From Camelus dromedarius (Eukaryota), in NCBI RefSeq assembly GCF_036321535.1, contig NC_087437.1:110424001-110488000 (forward strand): DNA of 64,000 nt, read 5' to 3'. Below the pieces are notes generated by a model. It was not told where the DNA came from. It saw nothing but the letters and a program-made list of their open reading frames with translations, and did no database searches. The translations under genes and the position numbers were made by a program. Of the stretch, positions 50,880 through 63,677 are shown one piece after another. Position 1 is the stretch's first letter. Every line of letters starts with the position of its first letter.

Positions 50880-53830
50880 TCCTCATTTTATTGGAAAGTA
50901 TAACACACAAACAGAAAACTGCATGAAACAAAAACATCAGTAATTTATCACAAAGGAAGCACCTGTATACCACCTTCCAGAACAGGAAATTGAATATTGT
51001 CAGCACCCCAGGAGCCTTCCCTCCTGTTTCTTCTCAATCACTAAGGCTTCTCCCGCCTTCAAAATGTTCTTTATCATTATGCCTAACACTGGAGTTGAGT
51101 TTTCCCTGTTTCTCAGGTTTTTATAAACGCAATCATGTTTCTGCCTTATTGTGCAATTGTCTGGCTTCCATCGCTCAAAATTCTGATGAATAGTCACCCA
51201 TGCCATTGCACGCAATAGTAGTTCATTTATTTTTGTTGTACAGGTACTTGCATTGTATGACTGGCTATTCTGAAATTTTATTTACTCATGTTACTATTGA
51301 CGTATGTTTAGGATCTTTCCAGTTTTAACTATAATAAACAATGTTGCTAGGAACGTTCTTTTACAGTCTCTTAATGCACACAGACACACCTATCTGTTGG
51401 ACAGCTAGGAGTAAAATATCAAGACCGTGGAGTGTACATATAGTAACACTAGTAGATAATTAGCAATTGTGCTAATGTCTATTTCACCAGCAATAGACGA
51501 AAGTTCTTGCTGTTCCAGGGACTTTCCAGAATTTGCAACTGTCAGTCATTGCAAGTTTAACCACTTTGGGGTGCACATTGTACCTCACTGTGCATTTAAT
51601 TTGCAATTTCCTGATAAATAATAAGGCAAAGCACTTTTTGTGTACGTTTATTGGCCATCGGATATCTTCTTTTGCAATATGCCTGTTCAACCTTCTTGGT
51701 TATTTTTCTGTTATCTTTTCCTTATTGATTTCTGGTGGTTCCTTATACAATCTGGATACAAGCCCTTTGTCAGTTACTTGTTCAGTAAATTTCTTCCGCC
51801 ATTCTTGTTTTTTAGCTTCTTTATGAAATATCTTAATTTTGGTATTACTCTAGCCTTGCCCTTCCTAGAGTCGCAAGTAAATGAAAGAATATGTAGTCGG
51901 TTGTGTTTGGCTTCTTTCACTAAACACAATATTTTTGAGATCTATCCATGTGCATGCATCAATATTTCTCTGCTTTTTACTTCTGAACAATATTCCACAG
52001 TACAGAAGTACTGTGGTGATTTGATTATTCACTTACCACTTAACGGCAACTTGGACTGTTTCCACTTTTAAGCCTCTATGGGTCATACTGCTCTGTATAT
52101 TCTTGTACATAAATGTGCACTCATGTTCCATTTTTCTTGGGTTAAGTAACTAGTAATGGGATCTCTGGGTCAAAAATGTATGTGGTGTGTAAACAGGTGT
52201 GTACACAAGCTTTCTTTTGGTTAGTGTTTGCATGCTATACCTTATCTCATCTTTTCTCACTTTTAATCTTACACTTTTGATGCATTTCTTATAAACTACA
52301 TATAATTAACTTTTTGTCACATTTGATAAACTTTGGGTTCTAATTGGAGAATTAGTTCCTTTACAGTTAATATAATTAGTGATAGATTTGGGGTTATATT
52401 TACTATCATACTCAGTCCCTTCTATTTGTCTCATTTATTCTTTTTTTTCTGCTTTTTTTTTTTGGATAAAGTACTTCTATTATTCCATTTTTTCTCACTA
52501 TTTTCTAGTGGTAATATCTGCCCTTACAATTCTTTTGGTGGCTTCATTAAAGACAGCAGTACTCATCCTCAAGTTGTCAAAGTCTAATGTTACTTGGCAC
52601 TTTTTCTCTTTTCCAGGTCAATGCTAAGAACTTGGAAGATTTTAATTTCACTCATTCCCCTTCCATTGATACTATATGGTCCTATTTTCTCATAAGGCTC
52701 CACTATTATTTTTCACTTAGTCATTATTCACTTAAATCTGTTCATCTTTTCCTCATTTTCATTGTACCTTACTCCTTTCTATATCTCAAACTTCAAGCCT
52801 GAATAATGTTCCTGCTGCCGTTGGTGTAGATTACAGGTGATAAATTCTCCCAGTTTTCACTTGTCTGAAAATACTGTTTATCTATTTTTGGAAGGTATTT
52901 TCATTGAGTATAGCATTCTCGGCAGTAATTACTTACTGTGAACGCTTTAGAGATAACATCTCATTACCTTCCTGCTTTCATTGTTTCTCTTCTGAATTCA
53001 GCTTGTCACTCTAATAGCTGTTCCCTTGAAAGTAGTTTGCCTTTTTCTCCTCTGGATGCTTTTATTATTTTTTCTTTATTTTGGGGTTTCAGATGTTTTA
53101 TTACGACAAGCCTATGTCGGTTTGTTTGTTATTCTCCTGCGTGGGGTCTGTAAAGATGATTGAATGTGTGACAATATGTTTCACTAACTTTAGAGAACTC
53201 TTCAGATTCGCTCCTATCACACACTGCTTCTGACTGTTATCTCTCCTCAGTGCTCCAGGGCCCCCAAATCATTTTTCTCAGAGTGTTGTTTATACTCTCT
53301 TTTCTATTTCCTAATTTTAACTCTCCATACTTCACTTTGTGTTTTGCAGTTGTAAATTTTCTGTGTGGTTCATTTGTTTCCATATGGAATTGCCTCGCAT
53401 TCAATTTCAGGAATTGAGAAAACTTAAAATGTGACTTCATTCCCTTCAAGGGCTGGTTGACTTCCAATCCTCTCTGACTCCCAGAGTGTAATCATTTGGG
53501 TTCTCAACCAAAAATAAGAAAATTTACCCTGTCCTACTAGAAGGTCCTGGACTTTAATTTTCTTGTCCCTGGCTACAAATGGCTTTTTAAATTTCTGCCC
53601 AGTCTCTCAACTTCTCAATTATTTCTTCCAGAATGCCAAAAAACAGCCCTAATGCCAAGTTCACCACAGCCCTAATGCCAAGTTCACCTTTCTGAGTGAG
53701 TCAACTCAGTGTTTCTGTAATGGTATTAAACAGATAAACCATTTTTTAATATTTTGTTCATAATTTCTAGTTGTTCTTAGTGGGAGGTTTAATCCAAATT
53801 ACCCTGTTCATCATTACTGGAGAACAATAA
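50880..53830 (-). mobile_element. Mosaic of old L1 (L1ME/L1M-type) fragments
   Basis: T-rich plus strand with L1 3'UTR/ORF2-end/ORF1 motifs; minus-strand remnant MNRHIAKEDIRWPINVHKKC is ORF2 C-terminal-like. Confidence 0.7.
53643..53688. repeat. Perfect 23-bp tandem duplication
   Basis: ACAGCCCTAATGCCAAGTTCACC x2. Confidence 0.95.
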
Positions 53831-54409
53831 TTGATTTGTTTTAAAACTTAATATTCCTTCTTGAATCATCACTCTCCTCTAATCTTCTGAAGGACTCAAC
53901 TCTATTGCTTAATTTTTTACTCAAGATTTTCTTTTCACCTTCACCAAACTGTGCATTTTTAATTTATTTCTGCCCTTTTTTATTTCTCTTCCTAACTTTT
54001 ATATTCCTACACATACTCTATACTCCTTCCTCACTTATCTTCCAGGATTTTGTTTTCCCTTTATACACATTCTTTTGTCTATATGTCTGTCAGAACAAAT
54101 AGCCCTTCATACATATGCCTTCAATAAATTTATCTGCTCCTACAGCTATAGCTAACTGGATGACTCTCACATCATCTTCTCCAGTCCTGAAATATCACTT
54201 ATGCTTACATTTCACATTTTTAACTACATAGAGAACATCTCCATTTAGATATCCAGTCTTCATGTCTCATTAAACATGTCTTTCACCCCCCTCCCAACTA
54301 AACTATTTTAAAGGGGTCCAGGACACCAGAAAGGGGAAAAAAGAACAGAAAGAAATAATGTGGCCAAAAGAGCCACATTAAACTATTTGTTGGCTTCATG
54401 GATTAAGGA

Positions 54410-55356
54410 AATAAATATTTTTCTGAAGAAGACATACAGATAGATGGCCAATAGGCACATGAAAACATGTTCAACATCATTAAACACCAGGGAGATGCAA
54501 AGCAAAACCACAATGAGGTACCTCAGACCTGTCAGAATGGCAATCATCAAAAAGACAAGATACAACAGGTGCTGGCAAGGATGTGGAGAAAAGGGAGCCC
54601 TTGTGCATTGTTGGTGGGAATGTAAATTGGTGCAGCCACTATAGAAATCAGTATGGAGGTTTCTCACAAAATTAAACATAGAACTACCATATGATCCAGC
54701 AATCCCATCTCAAGGGATATTTCTGAAGAAAATAAAATCACTATCTCAAAGATATATCTGTATCCCCATGTTCATTGCAGCATCATTTACAGTTTAGGGA
54801 CACAACCTAAATATCCATCAACCAATGAATGGATAAAGCAGATGTGCTGTATATGTACAATGAAATGTTATTTTGCCATTAAAAAAAAAAGGAAGTTCTA
54901 CCATTTGCAGTAACATGGATGGACCTTGAGGGCATTTTGCTAAGTGAAGTAAATCAGACATAGAACAACAAATACTGTATATTCTCACTTATACGTGGAA
55001 TCTAAAAAAGCCAAACTCATAGAAACAGAATAGAATGGTGGTTGCCAGGGGCTGGGGGTGGGGTAAATGAGGACATTTTTTAGAAGTACAAATTTCCAGC
55101 TGTAAGATGAATAAATTGTGATGATCTAATGTACAGCATGGTGGCTATAATTAACAGTACTCTATATTGTACTATATATTGAAAAACTGTTAAGAGAGTA
55201 GACCTTATGCACTATTATCACAGAAGAGGTAATTGCATGAGAAAATGGAGATATTAACTAACTTTATTGTGGTAATCATTTCACAATATATATTTGTATC
55301 AAATCATCACATTGTATATCTTAAATTTATGTGTGTTGTATGTCAATAATATCCCA
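54410..55356 (+). mobile_element. L1MA-like 3' fragment (ORF2 C-terminus plus 3'UTR)
   Basis: Remnant [41 protein letters not shown] is the L1 ORF2 C-terminal Cys-rich region. Confidence 0.9.
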
Positions 55357-56130
55357 ATAAAGTTAGGGGGAAAAACTCTATAGCATAAAATTCCAATTAA
55401 AAGGTAAGAGGTGGCAAACAAACTGTGCTCCCACCATAATGATGAGAAAATACCAGATAAACTAAAAAGTCATAGTAGTCTTCGAAGCCATCAGAGAACA
55501 GCAGATATAAAGTCCAATTGAATTAAATTCAAAAAATAAGGAGCTCTTTCTGAGTTAGCAAAGATTGGTGGCCTCTCCAAACCCTAAGACTTGGAGCATG
55601 GCAATTAGAGGAATGAGTCTGCAACAGCAAGGAGAGTTAGGACAGGAAAGAAAATCAGATTAACTTTTTACAGACTCATGTGGGCTAGCATGAAGATTTA
55701 AATCTGGAGGACCCCCAAATAAAGAGTTAGTCCTCCTCACCTGCCAATTCTCTCTCTCCCATAGAGCTTTAGCTGAGTAAGTAGCAGCACAAAGAATCTA
55801 GGGATAGGAAAGGAAAGAGAGAGACCATTAGTCTTATGTGGTCAGTTAGCAAAGTCCTAGTTAAGGGTATTTAAACCATAGGCTAATTGAAACTAACTAA
55901 AGCATCAACCAATTCATTACTGAGCCCAATTCCTGATTTGTTTGAATACATTGGATTTCTCACCCTAGCCGCCTAAAAAAGGGGGCAAGTCTTTTCTGAG
56001 TTCACAAATATTTACTTCTGTTTCTACTACACTTTTATACACTATGTCTATAATGCTATAAAATGTTATGAGATAGGTAAAGAAGCAAGAAAACATGACC
56101 CATAATGAAGACAAAAATATTCAATAGAAT

Positions 56131-57715
56131 AAAGCTATAGTAATCAAGACAGCATGATTATAACTGAAAGAACAGTCAAATAGATCAATGGAACAGAACA
56201 GAGAGCCCAGAAATAGACCCCCACAATAGTCAACTGATTTTTGACAATCAGCAATGGCAATATAGCAGAGCAAAGATTATCTCTTCAATAAATGGTGCTG
56301 GAACAACTGGACATCCACTATTTAAAAAAAAAAAAAAGGAATCTAGACATAAATCCAACACCCTTCACAAAAATTAACTTCAAATGGATCACAGACCTAA
56401 ATATAAACACAAAATTTAAAACCTCCTAGAAGATAACATAGGAGAAAATCTTGGTGACTGTGACTCTGACAATGACTTTTTAGATACAGCATCATTGGCA
56501 CAATTCATTAAAAAGGGATGAAATTGATAAGATGAACTTCATTAAAATTAAAATCTTCTGTTTTGTGAGAGACAATGTCAAGAGAATAAGTGGGAGATTC
56601 TCAAAATATTCCCAAAGACTGGGAGAAAATATTTGCAAAAGACATATCTGATAAAGCACAGTTATCCAAACTGTACAAAGAATTTTTAAAGCTCAACAAT
56701 TAGAAAATGAAATACCCAATTAAAAATGGGCAAAAGACCTGAACAAATACCTCAGATGGCAAACAAGCATATGAAAAGAAGTTCAACATCACATGTCATT
56801 AGGGAATTACGAATTAAAACAATATCTATTAGAAGGACCAAAATCCAGGACATTGATAACACCAAGTGTTAACAAGGATATAGAGCAACAGGAACCCTCG
56901 TTTAGTGCTGGTGGGAATGCAAAATGGTACAGCTACTTTGGAAGACAGTTTGGTGGTTTCCTACAAAATCAAACATACTCTTACCAAACACTCCAGCAAT
57001 TGTGCCTCTTGGCACTTACCCAAATGAGCTGAAAACGTATGTCCACACAAAAATCTGCACAGAGATTTTTATAGCAACTTTGTTCATAATTGCTAAAATG
57101 TGGAAGCAACCAGAATGTCCTTCAGTGGATGAATGGATAAATAAACCATGGTACATCCAGGCCACAGAATAAATATTTAGGGCTAAAAAAGAAATGAACT
57201 ATCAAGCCATGAAAAGACATGGAGGAAACTTAAATGCATATTACTAGCTGAAAGAAGCCAAACTGAAAAGGCTACATACTGTATGATTCCAAGTATATGA
57301 CATTCTAGAAAAGGTAAATAAAACATAAAACATCAGTGGTTACCAGGGCCAAGGGGAAGGAGGGATGAACAGGCAGAGCACTGAGAATTGTTAGGGCAAT
57401 GAAACTGTCCTGTATGTGATATTACAACTGGGGATAAATGTCATTATACATTTGTCGAAACCTACAGAATATGCAACAGTAAGAGTGAGCCCTCATGTAA
57501 ACTATGGACTTTGGGTGATAGTAATTTCATCAGTTATAACAAAGGTACCACTGTGGTGTGGGATGTTGATAGTTGGGGAGTTTGTATGTTGGGGGCGGGG
57601 CGGGTGGAGAACAGGGAGAGTATGGGAACCCTGTACTTTCTACTCAATTTTTCTGTGAACTAAAACAACTCTTAAAAAAATAAAGCCTATTAAGAATTTT
57701 AAAAATGAAAAAAAG
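56131..57715 (+). mobile_element. L1MC1-like 3' fragment nested in the older L1
   Basis: ORF2-end sequence plus L1MC-type 3'UTR (CTGAAAAGGCTACATACTGTATGATTCC..TAAACTATGGACTTTGGGTGAT); residual TSD TCAATAGAAT at 56121-56130 and 57716-57725. Confidence 0.85.
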
Positions 57716-58345
57716 TCAATAGAATCAGACCCAAGGATGACCCAGATGATGGAGTCATTTTAAAATATTATAGTAAATAATTATAAAACATTTTAAATGA
57801 ATTAAATAATTTAAAGGAACAGTGGAGACCTTAAGCATAAAAAAGGATCAAGTGGGGATTCATTAGGTGGGCTTAGTAGAAGACTGGGCAGGGCAAAAAA
57901 AAGGGTCAGTGAACTTAAAACAAGCCAATAGAAATTTTCCAGACTGAAACACAAGAGGAAAAAGAATGAAAACAAACAAACAAAAAAATCACAGATCTGA
58001 GATGAAAATATTGAACGAGCTAACATACATGTAATTGGTCTTATAGAAGAAAAGAGAGAGAAAATGAGATGCAAGGGAATTTTGAAGACATAATAGCCAA
58101 GAATTTTCCAAAATTGATGAAATTCACCAACTGACAGATTCAAGAATGTGACAAACCCTAAAGTGAATTTTAAAAACAAACGAAAAGAGGTACATTATGG
58201 TCAAACTGCTGAATACCAAAAACAGAGGAAATCTTAAAAGCAGCCTGAAAACAAAAGCCTCATGTATCAAGGAAACTGCAGTAAGAATAATCACTCATTT
58301 CTCATCAGAAACAATGGAAAACAGAAAACAATGGAATGATCTTTA

Positions 58346-58875
58346 TTTTTTTTTGAAAATGTACTTTTAAATGTACTAATGACTAAATATTATTTTTTTA
58401 TTGATTTATAATCATTTTACAATGCTGTGTCAAATTCCAGTGTAGAGCACAATTTTTCAGTTATACATGCACATGTATATATTCATTGTCACATTTTTTT
58501 CTCTGTGAGCTACCATAAGATATACATAGACACCATAAGATCTTGTGTATATTTCCCTGTGCTATACAGTATAATCTTGTTTATCTATTCTACAATTTTG
58601 AAATCCCTTCTATCCCTTCCCACCCTCCGCCCCCTTGGCAACCACAAGTTTGTATTCTATGTCTATGAGTCTGTTTCTGTTTTGTATTTATGCTTTGTTT
58701 GTTTTTGTTTTTGTTTTTTTTAGATTCCACATATGAGCGATCTCAAATGGTATTTTTCTTTCTCTTTCTGGCTTACTTCACTTAGAATGACATTCTCCAG
58801 GAGCATCCATGTTGCTGCAAATGGCGTTATGTTGTCGTTTTGGCGTTATGTTATGTGTTTATGGCTGAGTAGTAT
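58346..58875 (-). mobile_element. Young camelid-type L1 3' end with extra 3' sequence, nested in the old L1
   Basis: TSD TGGAATGAT(C/T)TTT at 58332-58344 and 58876-58888; same family as 38041-38345. Confidence 0.9.
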
Positions 58876-59015
58876 TGGAATGATTTTTAATTTGTTGAAA
58901 TAACTCTGTTAACAGCAAAGGTCTCTTTCAAAAATGAAACTGTAACAAAGATACTCTCAGACCAACAGAATCTCAGAAACTCATTGATGTAAAAAATAAC
59001 AAAAGAAGTTCTTCA

Positions 59016-59517
59016 TGAGGCAGGAGTGAGGGGAGCAGGGCACAACCACTGGAGGAATGACACAGTAACTGAGAACAGGACAAACTGGTTAGAACCAAAA
59101 TGGCAGAAGATTTGACTTTCAGTAGACCTTGAGCTTCATGGCATTCCCACAGGCATCATGACAGTTCCTAGGTTGACCAAAAAAGGTCAAAAAGTGGGCA
59201 AGGGCCCAATTCCTGGAAATCCCTGCCCCTTCCCCAAATAGTTGCAATAATCCTCCCACCCATTAGCATATAGAATTACCCAGCCCATAAAAACTAACAA
59301 TGTTGCACCTCTCTCTCTCTGTCTTCCTCTTGCCTTTTAAGATGGTCCCCATTCTGCCTGTGGAATGTGCATCTCCTAAGCTGCTCTCCCTTCTGAGTAA
59401 GATGGACCACAGTCTGTCTATGCAGTGTGTATCTCCTTAAATAAACCTACTTTCCCTTTACTGTGACTTGCTCTTGAATTCTTTTTTGCAAGAGACAAAA
59501 ACCTGCTCTCAGCAACA
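59016..59517 (+). mobile_element. MER41-like ERV1 solo LTR
   Basis: TG..CA termini; 4-bp TSD TTCA (59012-59015, 59518-59521); AATAAA; block CCCACAGGCATCATGACAGTT..TTCCTGGAA..CCCCTTCCCC..AATAATCC..TTAGCATAT resembles MER41. Confidence 0.8.
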
Positions 59518-60477
59518 TTCACACTAAAGGGAGAGATGAAGACCATGGGAAAAGGGTAGCAGCAGTACAGAGGACATCGTGTCTTGCTGTTTCCTCTGCC
59601 CCTGATTCCTCATCATGATATCGTCCAACCGTGAAGTGGAGAGCAGGAAGGGGTGCTCCGTCTAAAAGAGCAGCATCTGCACATGCAAATAGAAAATGGA
59701 AGCAAAGGCAAACCATCTACTTAGAATCTGTTTTCTCTTAAAGAACGGCAGAAGCGGAAAAGCTGCAGGAGCCAATAGAGAAATCACAGCATGGAGATCC
59801 CGTGTGAGCCCTCAGTTTGCACCAATGTGGCGAGCTTAACCAATAATTGGACTAATCTGAAAGCAGAGGGTCACCCCTCCTGCAAAGGAATTAGTTTCTG
59901 CCTAATTTGGGGGAAAGTGGAACCCAGTTGAGTGGTTCCAACAATAGAAGAGAGAAATTATGACATTTTTGTAATCTTGGAGGCAAAATTATTGCTATGT
60001 TCAAAAGAAATCATTCTTTTCCTGGAAAAACCAAAGGATTATATTGAAAAACTATTAGAAATATAATACTTTAGTAAAATGATTGCTTGCAGGTGAAAAT
60101 ACAAACATCAAGTGTTTTCTCATCAACCAAAAATAAGCAGTTAGAAAACATCCATAAAAGCATACTCATACACTTAACATGAAATGTAAGTGGTGTATAA
60201 AACTCATAAAGTTCTGGTTAAAGCCATTCACCTTACACGTGATCATAAAAAGTCAGTGATAATATCAGTTCTCTCCCAATTGATTTATAAGTGTAACCCA
60301 GTCCTCCCCAAATTCCAACTTAAATCAGAAAAAGGAGTGATGAAAACCGTGTACCATAAAAATAGCCAGACAGAACAATAAAACATATTAGAATCCAGTA
60401 GCAGATGCCAGGACCAGTGATAACTGAGGAAATGATCAAAGAGGCAGTTCAAATAGTAGGGAAAGGATGGACTGCTC

Positions 60478-60506
<29 letters not shown>
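60478..60506. repeat. Poly(A) run (~29 nt)
   Basis: Read directly. Confidence 0.9.
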
Positions 60507-60509
<3 letters not shown>

Positions 60510-61650
60510 ATGGTATTGGCTTAACTGACAAGCATTTTAAAAAAGGAATTTTGTTTTCTTAGGTCACATTTTCTTATCTCACATAAGCTTAATTTCAGAT
60601 AGCTTAAAATGTAAATGTTTATTTAAAAAAAAAAAAGCTAACTGCACTTATAGTAGGAAGCTCAGCATTCAAACCTAGAAGTGCCTGGCAATGGAAACCT
60701 CTTAATAAATGATTATTGAATAGAAATGAAACTGTACTCAGGGGCTATATTCCAACCATAGAGAAGCTAGAAAATGGGTACTTATAAGTTCACTTTCCAG
60801 TTTGGAACAATTTAGTATAAGGTGTATATTTTACCCTTTTTCATTTCCTCTATAGCACTTAATACAGTGTTGAGATCTACATGCTACATTTTCAGTACAG
60901 TATTGATTGATTCATCATAAATACTATGTTTCTTCTTAGAAGACAAGAAAATTTGTTTGTGAGATTTTCATTTAAAAGAATTATGTTATTCATCAAAATT
61001 TTCACGCTGCCATCTGTTCTCAACATTTCTGTATTTCAAACTAGGTTTAGCATAGCAAAGCATATGAATTTTACATTAGAAAGCACAAGAAGGATGTAAA
61101 ACTTTGTTTTCTAAACTATATTCCATAGTAAAATGCTTATTTTGAAAGCCTTATGTGCATATGGGCTGTTAGAATTCGTCATCACTTAAACTACTTCCTA
61201 TAAAGGTGAGGATCAGTAAGATTTAGAGTATCGTTTACACTGCACAGCATGTGTTTTACATACTCTCAAAATGAATTTCTCTTTTTAAAAAAAAAAGCCA
61301 AAATATGTAAATTACTAGATCACAATTTAGCAGTATGTGTCTCAGAAGTTCTGACTCTCCAGCTGGCCCTTTGGGTGGTTTTAGGTTTACAATCCAGAAG
61401 ACTAGAAAATGGGTTATTAAATCTAGATTTTATATTCTAAAATATTGCTATAAGTTGAGTCTTTCACCTTCTAGATTTTAGGAATCATTATCTGCCTCAT
61501 GTGAAGTGGAGTAAACAGAATGTCTAGAAATGGCCAAGGAAGGACTACTTACTTGAAATTTATCATTTATACATGTCTATAACTAGAGAGTCATTTGAGT
61601 TGACATTATTTTCTTATAAAAATGCAACTGTATCATGAGAAGGACAGTCA

Positions 61651-62307
61651 TGTTAGAGCAGGCAGATAGCTAGATATGAGTAGAGAAAGGGGGACACAGA
61701 ACAAATGACAGGAATTGGGCAGAAAGGAAGGGCACAGACCAAATGCAAGAAACCACACATCATGTAAGCACCTGGGGTCCCTGAGCAGAGAAAGAAAATC
61801 AGGAAACTCTGGACTGATAAGTAGTCACACCTTTTGGGGTGATGAGTGGCCTGGAGACAGACAAAGAAAGGTGAGAAAAGGCAGGAATTTCCAGTGTCCA
61901 AATGTAACCTTTTGCTCATTATGCCCTCATTTCAATAAAATTAGCCTTGCAGATTAGAAGTACCCATCATGAACCAATGCCATGACACTTCCAATCCAGA
62001 CTAAATAAAGACAAAAATCCCTCCTCCCTTCGGAAAGGTGGAGTTGGGATGATAATCAGGGAATACAACCCCAAACCGTTCCCTCCCCAGTGACTATTCT
62101 GCCCATCATTTTTACACGTTATGTAACTAACTTTCCAAAGAAACACAGGGCAGCTGCTCACCTGAGCCTGCCCGCTCTCCCCTTGAGAGTGTACTATCCA
62201 TCCTTTAATACATTTTTACTTTACTTTTTTAACCACTACATCATGTCTCTGAATTCTTTCTGGGATGGGACAAGAACCTGGAACACTGGTTGCATCCTCC
62301 GGCAGCA
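61651..62307 (+). mobile_element. ERV1 (MER4-group-like) solo LTR
   Basis: TGTTAGAGCAGGCAGATAGCTAGA..GGCAGCA termini; 4-bp TSD GTCA (61647-61650, 62308-62311). Confidence 0.85.
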
Positions 62308-62679
62308 GTCACATAACAATCTAAGAACTGAAATCTTCAAAGGAAAGAATAAACTTTTACATTGGAGACAGGCCAAGGATAAAAGAAAAGAAGACCATTT
62401 AGGAGCACAGAACGCCACCCGGAAAGGCTGACCTGGACACAGCAGGTGGTGGCAAGAAGTGTTATCCCAATGAGAAACTATCAAGAGGAGGGCTTTGTGG
62501 ATCCAGAGTGCAGGAATCAGGACAGAAAAGTCGCTGGGAAGCAGGAGATGGTAGAAGAAAAAAGCTGAAAAGATTTCAGAAGGAGAAGTGAGACTATTCA
62601 AAGTCCATTCCAATTGTAGCCACAAAGTTTATTTGAGGAATTGAAATTAGCTTCAGAGATAGATCCTAAGTATTTATAC

Positions 62680-62871
62680 CAATTGTTCTCAAAACGTGGG
62701 CCAATGCTAACAGCACTAGCACCACCTAAAAGTGCTCAGAAATGCAAATTATTAGCTGGCTCCCACCCAGTCTTACTGAATCAGAGGCTCTAGGAGTGAA
62801 TTCCAGCAGATTGTTTCAAAAAGCCCTCCGGGTGACTCTGATGCTCTCTCACTCAAACTTCAAATAATGGT
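62680..62871 (+). mobile_element. MER5A-like hAT-Charlie relic
   Basis: TTCTCAAAACGTGG..AGAAATGCAAATT..TACTGAATCAGAGGCTCT..AAGCCCTCCGGGTGACTCTGATGC. Confidence 0.8.
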
Positions 62872-63324
62872 TTAAACCAATTGTGGAAACCCAGTCTCTT
62901 TGGGATGTGAAACAGCCCAAACAAGAAGCACACGACATTCTCTTGGCAATAATTTTGGGGTCAGGAGTGGGTCCCTGGCCTGAGCTGACCTCACCCCCAA
63001 TTGAAGAGCTTTTTCTCTGTGTGTCCCCTGAGGAAATGAATGATGTAGCATTTAGCCCCAATTGCCTCAGCAAGAGAGGGAGCAAGGTTTAGAAGGATGC
63101 TAAGTCTTCAAATGGCAATGAGGACAGACTGAGAGAGCCTTGTGTTTGGTGACACTGTTGAACACAGAATGCTCTAACCTAAATCCTGCCCTGCCTGTGG
63201 ACTGCTCACAGCTCAGTAAACATCCTTACTGTTTAAGCTTATATAAGTCAGATTATCTGGAGTGTTCCCTAACTGCTAGTTTGCAAACATCACTACTTCT
63301 GCCACAGACTCTGGTGTTGGCAAC

Positions 63325-63677
63325 TGTATGATCAGGCCATCCAAGATGGCTGTTCTCATGCTCTCTGTGCATCCCCTGCTCGTTCCTACCTCGCCTACAC
63401 CATCCTCACCTGACTGACCTTTCCTCTTCATCATAGAGCCTAATCAGTAAATGTCTGTGTACTTGTCCCTGAATCCAGCTAGTGACTGTTCTAATCTTTA
63501 GATCAGAACTACCTCCACTATGATAACTTACCAAAGGGACACGCCCCTCTGCTGGTTTCCCTGGCAACTGAGAAGCCAACCTGACATCAATTCCTCCTAT
63601 AACTGGTTATCTCCTTCTTCCCCTGGAAGCAAAGACCACAGCCATGGCCTGCCTACTGCACACTGTGGGGTGCCTTC
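63325..63677 (+). mobile_element. ERV LTR 5' portion, interrupted by another LTR
   Basis: TGTATGATCAGGCCATCCAAGATGGC start with LTR-like U3 composition; family not identified. Confidence 0.55.

Larger units (their letters stand above)
55420..59010 (+). mobile_element. Old L1 5'/ORF1 region (host of nested insertions)
   Basis: AAGAAGCAAGAAAACATGACCCATAAT..; GTAATTGGTCTTATAGAAG..; GAATTTTCCAAAATTGATGAAA; TTCTCATCAGAAACAATGGA. Confidence 0.7.

Noticed and set aside
54383..57172. ORFs with [14 protein letters not shown] motifs
   Set aside because: Broken L1 ORF2 remnants, not host genes.
59760..59860. Three CCAAT motifs downstream of the LTR
   Set aside because: No TATA, CpG island or downstream exon evidence; insufficient to call a promoter.
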